Part shown: piece by piece, positions 19,902-27,196 of the stretch
Position numbering within the stretch: the first letter of the stretch is position 1
Layout of the letters: every line of letters starts with the position of its first letter
Assembly: GCA_965228475.1 (NCBI GenBank)
Contig: OZ245817.1
Span: forward strand, 3,072,001-3,136,000
DNA length: 64,000 nucleotides
Direction: 5' to 3'
Source of the DNA: Myxococcota bacterium
GTDB taxonomy: Bacteria; Myxococcota_A; UBA9160; JAFDDA01
Made by a program: the position numbers and the translations under genes
The notes under the pieces: model-generated
Databases searched by the model: none
Told to the model about the DNA's origin: nothing
The model's input: only the letters and a program-made list of their open reading frames with translations

Positions 19902-20405
19902 GTGGCCGCGGACCATCGAAGTGGAGCGGTGGCGACACCGGACCACGTTGGACCCGAACATCAGCCGTCGCCCGCCGCGCAGCGGGCCCGGGAGCACTTT
20001 CGCAGCAGCGAGGCCGCCTCCCTGCTCGGACTTTCCCGCCGTCAGCTCCTGTATTGGGCGCAGACGGGTCTCGTCCGCCCCTCGCACACGACGCCGGGCG
20101 GGCACCTGCGATACGGCTTCCGGGACCTCGTCGCCCTGAAGGCGGCCAAACGGCTGATCGACGCCGGCATCTCCGTGCAGCGGATCCGTTCGAGCCTGCG
20201 CGCGCTCGAGCTCGCGCTTCCGCACGTCCGATCGCCCCTCGCCGAGCTCGTCCTGGTCGCCACGGGCGACGTCGTGCTCGCCATCCATCGCGGCGAGGCC
20301 TTCGAGGCGCTCTCGGGCCAGGAATGGGTCCTCGACGTCGCAGAGTTCCAGCGCGAATTCGACCACTGGCGGGCGAGCCACGCGGCCGAGCGCTCGTGCA
20401 ACTGA
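19902..20405 (+). CDS. MerR family transcriptional regulator (Rv1830-like subtype)
   Basis: FRSSEAASLLGLSRRQLLYWAQTGLVRPS...LRYGFRDLVALKAAKRLIDAGISVQRIR; start uncertain (GTG 19902 after GGGGGG). Confidence 0.85.
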   Translation: MAADHRSGAVATPDHVGPEHQPSPAAQRAREHFRSSEAASLLGLSRRQLLYWAQTGLVRPSHTTPGGHLRYGFRDLVALKAAKRLIDAGISVQRIRSSLRALELALPHVRSPLAELVLVATGDVVLAIHRGEAFEALSGQEWVLDVAEFQREFDHWRASHAAERSCN

Positions 20406-20440
20406 CTTCGGCACCAGAAGCGGGACCGGAGGAGACGGCC

Positions 20441-21529
20441 ATGCGAACCATCGCGATCATGAACCAGAAAGGCGGCTGCGGGAAGACGACCACCACCGTG
20501 AACCTGGCGGGCTGCCTCGCCGCGGACGGCGAACGCGTGCTCGTGATCGACATGGACCCGCAGGCCCACGCCACCCTGGCCCTCGGCGTGGACCCGGATG
20601 CCGTCGACGAGAACCTCTTCGACGTGCTGGTGGACGCCGAGGGCGGCGAGCCGCTCGAGCGCGTGCTGCTCGAGGTCGCGCCCCGGATCGACCTCGCCCC
20701 TTCCGGGATCGTGCTCTCGGCCCTCGAGCAGAAGCTCGTCGCCGACAACGCCGAATCGCGGACGGAGCGCCTCGCGAACGCGCTGTTCGGCCTCGAGGAT
20801 CGCTACGACTACGTCCTCGTCGACTGCCCGCCGAACGTCGGGCTGCTGACGTTCAACGCCCTGCGCGCCGCCGGCGAAGTGATCATCCCGCTCGAGACGA
20901 GCTTCTTCGCCATCCAGGGCGTGCAGAAGCTCCTCGAGACGATCGGCCTGCTCTCGGACCGGATCGCCCACGACCTCTCGGTGCGGATCCTCCCGACCCT
21001 CTTCGACGGCCGGACGCGCTACGCGCGCGAGACGCTCGCCGAGATCCGGGAGCTCTTCAAGGAGCTGTGCTTCGACACCGTGATCCGCCAGAACGTGAAG
21101 CTGCGCGAGGCGGCTCGGCGCGGCACGCCGATCATCCAGTTCGCGCGCACCGCCAACGGCGCGCTCGACTACGCCTCCCTCGCCATGGAGCTCGCGGCCG
21201 AGGCGCCGGCCCTCGACGCTCCGGCGGATGCCCAGAACGCCGCCGCCGAGGCCGGAGAGCCCCGCGAGGTCGTGATCCAGTTCCGCGACGACGCGGCCAG
21301 CGACGTCCGCATCGCCGGCGACTTCAACGGCTGGGTCCCCGACAAGGGCGTCGTCTCCCGCACCGAGGAGCAGGGCCGGCAGCGCGTCTGGACGAAGACG
21401 CTGGCCCTGCCGCCGGGCACCTACCAGTACCGCTACGTGGTCGACGGCGACTGGTGCGAGGACCCCGAGAACCCGGAGAAGTCCCCGGGCCGGGTCGGTG
21501 AGCGCAACTCCGTGCTCGTGGTCCGCTGA
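20441..21529 (+). CDS. ParA/Soj family ATPase fused to a C-terminal glycogen-binding (CBM48/AMPK-beta-like) domain
   Basis: NQKGGCGKTT deviant Walker A, DMDPQAHAT, DCPP; C-terminus VRIAGDFNGW...WTKTLALPPGTYQYRYVVDGDWCEDPEN...NSVL; GGAG SD. Confidence 0.9.
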   Translation: MRTIAIMNQKGGCGKTTTTVNLAGCLAADGERVLVIDMDPQAHATLALGVDPDAVDENLFDVLVDAEGGEPLERVLLEVAPRIDLAPSGIVLSALEQKLVADNAESRTERLANALFGLEDRYDYVLVDCPPNVGLLTFNALRAAGEVIIPLETSFFAIQGVQKLLETIGLLSDRIAHDLSVRILPTLFDGRTRYARETLAEIRELFKELCFDTVIRQNVKLREAARRGTPIIQFARTANGALDYASLAMELAAEAPALDAPADAQNAAAEAGEPREVVIQFRDDAASDVRIAGDFNGWVPDKGVVSRTEEQGRQRVWTKTLALPPGTYQYRYVVDGDWCEDPENPEKSPGRVGERNSVLVVR

Positions 21530-21537
21530 AGAGAACC

Positions 21538-22356
21538 GTGCCCCGCGACCTCGGCGACGTCCTCCACTACTTCATGCCGGAGATCGAATCGGCGGACGAG
21601 CCGGCGGCCGCGCCGGCGCGGCGCGCGCCGGGCGCCGGGCGTGGCGCGGGAACGGACCCGGCCGGCGCGCTCGGGCTCGTCGGCGTCCCGCTCGGGCATC
21701 GGGACGTGCTGCGCGCCACCTTCGTCTGGAACCTCGCGGTCGAAACCACCGCCCAGGGTGCCCCGACCACCGTCGTGGTTCCGGCGCGCATGTCGCCGCC
21801 GGTCTGGCCGGAGCCCGGGCGAACGCCCATGGGCGCGGAGATCCTGCCGGTCTTCGCCGAGGGGCTCGCGGAGTTGACCCAGGCCGCCCTCGACGTGGCC
21901 GCCACGCGCGCCGCCGAGGTCGCGCCGGAAGCCCTCGTGCTCGTGTGCATCCCGCCCTCCTGGCTCGCCAAGGCAGCCGACGGTGCGGCGCTGCTCCGCC
22001 AGGTCCTGCTCTTCTCCTCGCCCGAATCCGCGGACATCATCGAGACCTACGCCCTGGCCAAGCACCTGCTCACGGCGGCGCCCGAGGCGCGGGTCGGGGT
22101 CACGGTCTTCGGCGTGCAATCCGTCGCCGCCGCGGCGCGGACCTTCGACCAGCTCACCCAGACCGCCCAGCGCCACCTCGGCTGCGACCTCACGAGCTAC
22201 GGCCTCCTGATCGACGAACTCCAGATCTACCGGGCGATCGTCGATCGGCGGCCGATCGGGATCTCCCAGCCCCAGTCCCGCGCGGCCCGAAGCTTGCGGG
22301 ACGTGGCACGCCTTCTCCTCGACGACGTCACCGCCCTGGTCGATGACGCCCCCTGA
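21538..22356 (+). CDS. Degenerate MinD/FlhG-like protein lacking Walker A
   Basis: PESADIIETYALAKHL and YGLLIDELQIYRAIVDRRPIG..PQSRAARSLRDVA resemble the FlhG/MinD C-half; the P-loop position reads VPLGHRDVLRATFVWNLA. Confidence 0.65.
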   Translation: MPRDLGDVLHYFMPEIESADEPAAAPARRAPGAGRGAGTDPAGALGLVGVPLGHRDVLRATFVWNLAVETTAQGAPTTVVVPARMSPPVWPEPGRTPMGAEILPVFAEGLAELTQAALDVAATRAAEVAPEALVLVCIPPSWLAKAADGAALLRQVLLFSSPESADIIETYALAKHLLTAAPEARVGVTVFGVQSVAAAARTFDQLTQTAQRHLGCDLTSYGLLIDELQIYRAIVDRRPIGISQPQSRAARSLRDVARLLLDDVTALVDDAP

Positions 22357-22398
22357 ATGCTCGACGGCGCCGATGCAATGCTCGATGATCCACGGTGA

Positions 22399-23040
22399 AT
22401 GAGCGACTTCACCTGGACCGAGCCGCCGCCCCGCAAGGAGCTCCTGGCCGGCCTGCGGGCCGAGATCAGCCGGCTGCCGGGCTCCCTGCGCGTGGTCGCC
22501 GAGAACCTGCTCGGCGCCGACGCCCGGATCGACTGGCTCGCGGCGGACGCCGACGGCCGCGTCCACGTCGTCCTCGTCTCGACCGACGCCGATGACCTCG
22601 CCCTCGTCACACTCGGTCTCGCCCAGCGCGCCTGGGTCGAGGCGCGGCTGCCGGACTGGGCCCAGCTCGCCCCGCAGCAGGGACTGCGCAGCGAGGATGG
22701 CGTCCGCCTCGTCCTGCTGGCGCCGGACTTCTCGGCGACGGCGGAGGCCGCGGTCCGGGCGGTGGGCGAAGAAGACGTCGACCTCGTGCGCTACCGCTGC
22801 GTGCGATCCGGGCCACCGGGTGGCCCCACGGGGGTCGTGATCGAGCCGAGCGGGCGCCGGGAAGAGCGGGCACGGCCGGGCCCCGTGGCCGCCCCAGCCG
22901 CCGATTCCCGTTTCCGGACGGGCCTCTCCGATGCAGACCTGCTCGTGTCGACCGCTGAGCGCCGGGCCCTCGAAATCGAGGCCGAAGTCCCCGAGGGGAC
23001 CGAGCGGACGAAAAAAGTCACCGCCGGTGACAAACTTTGA
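22399..23040 (+). CDS. Hypothetical protein, weak NucS/PD-(D/E)XK-fold resemblance
   Basis: RIDWLAADADGRVHVVLV resembles the NucS-type IDLLAxDxxGxLVVIELK but lacks ExK; in line with flanking genes. Confidence 0.55.
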   Translation: MSDFTWTEPPPRKELLAGLRAEISRLPGSLRVVAENLLGADARIDWLAADADGRVHVVLVSTDADDLALVTLGLAQRAWVEARLPDWAQLAPQQGLRSEDGVRLVLLAPDFSATAEAAVRAVGEEDVDLVRYRCVRSGPPGGPTGVVIEPSGRREERARPGPVAAPAADSRFRTGLSDADLLVSTAERRALEIEAEVPEGTERTKKVTAGDKL

Positions 23041-23154
23041 CACCACCCGCCCCCTGCCAGCCACTTCAAGGTCGAGGGGGTGAGGGTCCGGTCCGGGAAG
23101 GGCCGGAGCCGGCTCGGGAGGCTTCGCCGAACGAGCTTATCTGGGAAGGTGCCG

Positions 23155-23751
23155 ATGGCTGCTCCGCAACCTGTTGTCTCTGTTTCTCCGCAACCGACCG
23201 TCCTGCAGGAAGACCCGGACCGCGAACTCGTCCGCCGCGTGATCGCTGGCGACGAGGCGGCGTTCCAGATCTTGTACGACCGCTATTTCCCGCGCGTCTA
23301 CGACTTCGTCCAGCGCCGCTTACGCAACCGCGCGGACGCCGAAGAGACGGTCCAGGAGGTCTTCATCAACCTGCTGGGCTCGATCGAATCGTTCCGCGGC
23401 GAAGCGCCCTTCGGCGCCTGGGTGTTCGGCGTGACCCGCCGCACCGTGGCGAGCCGCTTCAAGCGCAAGCAGCACACGATGGTGCCGCTCGCGGACGACG
23501 ACACGTCCGAGCCGGTCCACCACGGCGCACCCCAGGCCGTGGGCCCGCACGAGGCGTACGAATGCCAGGAACGCCTGGACCGCCTCGCCGAGACCGCCAT
23601 GAACGATCTCACCGCCGACCAGCGCGAGCTGTTCCGGCTCCATCACCTGCAGCACCACTCGATCCAGAACATCGCGCGGTTGCTGAACAAGAGTGAGGAT
23701 GCGGTGAAGTCGAATCTCTACCGGGCGCGCAAGGTTCTACTCGCTCGCTAG
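23155..23751 (+). CDS. ECF RNA polymerase sigma factor
   Basis: AFQILYDRY, DAEETVQEVF, FGAWVFGV, region 4 SIQNIARLLNKSEDAVKSNLYRARK. Confidence 0.92.
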   Translation: MAAPQPVVSVSPQPTVLQEDPDRELVRRVIAGDEAAFQILYDRYFPRVYDFVQRRLRNRADAEETVQEVFINLLGSIESFRGEAPFGAWVFGVTRRTVASRFKRKQHTMVPLADDDTSEPVHHGAPQAVGPHEAYECQERLDRLAETAMNDLTADQRELFRLHHLQHHSIQNIARLLNKSEDAVKSNLYRARKVLLAR

Positions 23752-23770
23752 CCCGCTCTTGCGGGGGGCC

Positions 23771-23890
23771 GCGCGGGAGGCCGAGGTTGCCTCCGGCTCA
23801 TGGCTCGCCCTGGCGGGCTGCCGGGATGTCTGGACATCCGAGTGCGGGCTGCGCTTTTACTTCGCCGGAGGCAACCTCGGCCTCCCGCGC
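23771..23890. repeat. Structured dispersed element, copy 1 (perfect 27-bp terminal inverted repeat)
   Basis: GCGCGGGAGGCCGAGGTTGCCTCCGGC (23771-23797) pairs with 23864-23890; inner motifs shared with 53491-53611. Confidence 0.85.
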
Positions 23891-23933
23891 TCCTCGGCGG
23901 CTCGCGGGCCAGTGGGCTCGCTATTGTGGTTGG

Positions 23934-24671
23934 ATGGGCACCGAGTACGACTGTTCCGCGTCCTTTAGGCGATGGGCTCGCGACGAGGGCGAGCCGCTCG
24001 CGCTGCGGCGTCGGGAAGCGGGCGACGCGGCAGGGGCCTTCCACTACGAGTTCACTTCGCGGGGCGACCGTGTGGCCGCTCGGCTCGAGGGGGCGGCGGC
24101 GGGACGGCCGCTCGCGGTGGTGCTGACGGCGGACGCGGAAGGCGTTCCGGCCCTCGGAGGCGTCGCGGTCGCGACGCTCGCCCTCCCCCTCCACGGGAAC
24201 CGGCACCATCCGAAGTGGAGCGCGCGCCTCGCCGGGCTGCTGCGGGACGGCGCGGAAGGCGCCCTCGACCGCGGCCTCGTCGAGGAGTTCCTGCGCCAGG
24301 CGGTCTGCGACGTCCAGACGCTGCTGCACGTCTGCGGCCAGGAGGCGGACGTCGACCTCTCGAAGACCCTTCTGCTCGGCCACGGTCCCGGAGCCTTGGC
24401 GGCCGCCGCCGTGCGCGCGGCGACGCCGGGCGTGCTCGCCACGGCACTCGCGCCGGGGGAGCTCGCGTCCGACCTCGACCCGGCCGCCGCGCTGGAAGCG
24501 CCCGGGAGCCCGTGCACGGTCCTCGGCGAGGGGCGCGGCCCGGCCTGGGCCGGCCGGCTCGACCAGGCAGTGCTCCCGCTGGCGCCCGATGGGCCGCTCG
24601 CCGGCCTGCTTCAGGCCGCGCTGTCTGAGGCGGCGGTACCGGCCGGCGACTCCGGTGGGAGCTGCGGGTAG
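23934..24671 (+). CDS. Degenerate alpha/beta-hydrolase-fold protein
   Basis: FTSRGDRV, LPLHGNR, QAVCDVQTLL; the nucleophile elbow reads GHGPG rather than GxSxG. TATTGT 6 nt before ATG. Confidence 0.6.
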   Translation: MGTEYDCSASFRRWARDEGEPLALRRREAGDAAGAFHYEFTSRGDRVAARLEGAAAGRPLAVVLTADAEGVPALGGVAVATLALPLHGNRHHPKWSARLAGLLRDGAEGALDRGLVEEFLRQAVCDVQTLLHVCGQEADVDLSKTLLLGHGPGALAAAAVRAATPGVLATALAPGELASDLDPAAALEAPGSPCTVLGEGRGPAWAGRLDQAVLPLAPDGPLAGLLQAALSEAAVPAGDSGGSCG

Positions 24672-25489
24672 CGCAGCGCGAGCAGCGTGCCCGAAACGAC
24701 GAGCGCGGGCATCGCCAGGAAGTTGAGCCCCGGAACGAGCAGCGTCGCGAAGGCGCCGACCCCGAAGCCGAGCATGGCAAGCCGGTGCCCGAGGATCCAA
24801 CGACGCTTCTCCCGGAAACGCACGCGGCGCCGGTCGAGGGTGTAGCTCGCGTAGTCGAGGGGCAGGAAGAGCACCGTGAGCGCCACCATCACGAAGGGCG
24901 CCACGAGCTGGCCGCCCGGAATGAGGAAGCCGAGCGTCGCGACGATGGCCTGGAGCAGCAGGAAGAAGAACAGGCGGCGAAGCTCCTCGCTCATGGCGCG
25001 GCCGCCTTCCCGCAGCAGGGCGCCGAAGCCCGACTCCTGGATCTCCTCCACGCGGCCGGCGATCAGGGCTTCGACCCGTTTGGAGAGCGCGTCGAGGAAC
25101 GGCGAGGAGACGACGTTCGCGACGAGGAACGCGGCCACCAGGGCCAGACCCGAGAGCGCGGCCGTCAGCACGATGCCGAGCACGAAGAAGAGGGCACGCC
25201 CGGGGCCGACCCAGAGCCACTGGTACCAGGCGTTCGCCTCGAGGGCGGGCAGACCCGAGAGCACCCAGCCGTGGATCTCGCCGAGGTAGGCGACGAGGAA
25301 GACGCCCGTCGTCCCGCACAGGAAGAGCGCGATCAGGAACGGGATCAGGGCGAGCTTCCAGAGCGAGGTCTCGCGCCGCAGCAAGCGCAGGCCCTCGACG
25401 TGCACGGACAGGCCGTCGACGGCGTGGGCCAGGTTCCGGCCCGGCGGCGGCGCCTGGGGGCGCGACGGCGGGGAGCCGGGCGAACTCAC
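24611..25489 (-). CDS. EI24/CysZ-like membrane protein
   Basis: Several hydrophobic helices; ANVVSSPFLDALSKRVE, LDYASYTLDRR, LVPGLNFLAMPALVVSGT; GTGA overlap with the pmm stop. Confidence 0.85.
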   Translation of the reverse strand: MSSPGSPPSRPQAPPPGRNLAHAVDGLSVHVEGLRLLRRETSLWKLALIPFLIALFLCGTTGVFLVAYLGEIHGWVLSGLPALEANAWYQWLWVGPGRALFFVLGIVLTAALSGLALVAAFLVANVVSSPFLDALSKRVEALIAGRVEEIQESGFGALLREGGRAMSEELRRLFFFLLLQAIVATLGFLIPGGQLVAPFVMVALTVLFLPLDYASYTLDRRRVRFREKRRWILGHRLAMLGFGVGAFATLLVPGLNFLAMPALVVSGTLLALRYPQLPPESPAGTAASDSAA

Positions 25490-26826
25490 GCCGCGGCCTC
25501 GATGCGGGCGAGCAGCGCGTCGCGGTGCCGGACCATCGAGGCCTCGTCTTCGGCCTCGAGGTTCAGGCGGACCACCGGCTCGGTGTTCGAGCAGCGGAGG
25601 TTGAACCACCAGTCCGGGTAGCGGACGAGCAATCCGTCGAGGTGCGAGATCTCGCTCGCGCCGGCGTGCTCGGCGGCCAGGGCTTCGAGCAGCGCGGCCG
25701 GGTCCCCGACGCGCCGGTTGATCTCGCCCGAGGCGGAGTAGCGCAGCAGCGGCGCGACGAGCTCGGAGAGCGGCTTGCCGCTCTCGGCGAGGACGTCGAG
25801 CAGCGCCACGAAGGCGGCGATGCCGTCGTCGGCCACGAGCGTCGGCGAGAAGCGGAAGTAGAAGTGGCCCGAGAGCTCGCCGGCGAAGATGGCGTTCTGC
25901 TCGCGCATGTCGGCCTTGATGAAGGAGTGGCCGACGCGGCACATGCCGGGGCGGCCGCCCGCCTCGGCGATCGCCTCGGCCGTGGCCCGGCTCGAGCGCA
26001 GGTCGTAGAGCACCGCCGCACCGGGATTCTCGCGCAGCCGCACTTCGGCGAGCAGCGCCGTCACGAGATCGGCGCGCACGATGGCCCCGTTCTCGTCGAC
26101 GAACATCGCGCGGTCCGCGTCGCCGTCGAAGGCCACACCGAGGGGGTGACCTCCCCTCCGGACGGCGGCGACGAGATCCGTGAGCGTGCTCTCGTCGAGC
26201 GGGTTCGCCTCGTGGTTCGGGAAGGTCCCGTCCGGCTCGAAGTAGAGGCGCTCGACGCGCAGGGGCAGCCGTTCGAGAAGCGGCTCGAGACCGGCGGCGG
26301 CCATGCCGTTGCCGCAGTCGATGGCGACGGAGATCTCGGGGCAGGCGCCGCCCACCGAGAGCGCTTGCTCGACGTAGCTCTCGCGGACGTCGGCCCGCTC
26401 GAGCGCGCCGCGCGGCTCGATGACGGCCGCCGATTCCCGTTCGGCGGCCAGGCGCTCGATGTCCTTCAGGCCGGAGTCGCCGCCAATCGGCACGGCGTGG
26501 GCCCGGCACACCTTGAACCCGTTGTACTGCCCCGGGTTGTGGGAGGCCGTCACCATCACGCCGCCCCCGAGCCCCAGGTGGTCGACCGCGTGGTAGAGCA
26601 TGGGCGTGGCGGCGAGCCCGAGGTCGACGACGTCGGTGCCCTCGTCGCGGATTCCGCGGCACAGCGCCTCGGTGAGCTCGGGCGAATGGGTCCGGGCATC
26701 GCGGCCGACGGCCAAGCGCGCGGCCCCGATGAAGTGGGCGACGCCCCGGCCCACGCGGTAGGCCATCGCGGCATCGAGCTGATCCGGGACGGTTCCCCGG
26801 ATGTCGTAGGCCTTGAAGATCGACAC
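25486..26826 (-). CDS. Phosphomannomutase/phosphoglucomutase
   Basis: IFKAYDIRG, TASHNP, FDGDADR, GELSGH, RCSNTEP. Confidence 0.95.
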   Translation of the reverse strand: MSIFKAYDIRGTVPDQLDAAMAYRVGRGVAHFIGAARLAVGRDARTHSPELTEALCRGIRDEGTDVVDLGLAATPMLYHAVDHLGLGGGVMVTASHNPGQYNGFKVCRAHAVPIGGDSGLKDIERLAAERESAAVIEPRGALERADVRESYVEQALSVGGACPEISVAIDCGNGMAAAGLEPLLERLPLRVERLYFEPDGTFPNHEANPLDESTLTDLVAAVRRGGHPLGVAFDGDADRAMFVDENGAIVRADLVTALLAEVRLRENPGAAVLYDLRSSRATAEAIAEAGGRPGMCRVGHSFIKADMREQNAIFAGELSGHFYFRFSPTLVADDGIAAFVALLDVLAESGKPLSELVAPLLRYSASGEINRRVGDPAALLEALAAEHAGASEISHLDGLLVRYPDWWFNLRCSNTEPVVRLNLEAEDEASMVRHRDALLARIEAAA

Positions 26827-26843
26827 GGCCGGGAGCTTAGCGT

Positions 26844-26922
26844 CCGCTCCGGGCGCCGCTTCGGCCGCTCCGGGTGCGGCTTAAACCGCTCCGGGTGCGG
26901 CAGGAGGCGCTCGGGGTGCCAC
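26844..26922. repeat. Four direct repeats at an exact 21-bp period in the pmm/tatA divergent intergenic region
   Basis: CCGCTCCGGGYGCSGC-like units start at 26844, 26865, 26886 and 26907. Confidence 0.8.
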
Positions 26923-26959
26923 GCTTGACCGACCTGCCGAGCGGCGTCACCCTATCGCC

Positions 26960-27163
26960 ATGTTCGGTCTGGGCTTCACGGAAATCTTGATCATCGGTCT
27001 GATCATCGCTCTCCTGTTCGGCGCGCGTCGCCTGCCGGAGCTCGGGAGCGGTCTCGGCAAGGCCATCAAGAACTTCAAGGCCGGCGTCTCGGGCAACGAG
27101 ATCGACGTCACGCCCGAAGACAAGGAAGAGAAGGTGGAGGAGAAGTCCTCCGCTTCGTCCTAG
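26960..27163 (+). CDS. tatA: Twin-arginine translocase TatA/E subunit
   Basis: MFGLGFTEILII..LLFGARRLPELGSGLGKAIKNFK. Confidence 0.95.
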   Translation: MFGLGFTEILIIGLIIALLFGARRLPELGSGLGKAIKNFKAGVSGNEIDVTPEDKEEKVEEKSSASS

Positions 27164-27196
27164 CCCTCACCCCGCCAGAGCCGCGGCGTCCGGCCG

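Noticed and set aside
20441..21529. Chromosomal parAB/origin locus
   Set aside because: No parB, dnaA or gidAB adjacent, and no parS or DnaA-box cluster noticed.
26844..26922. Possible mini-CRISPR
   Set aside because: 16-bp units with 5-nt spacers and no cas genes; kept only as a direct-repeat array.
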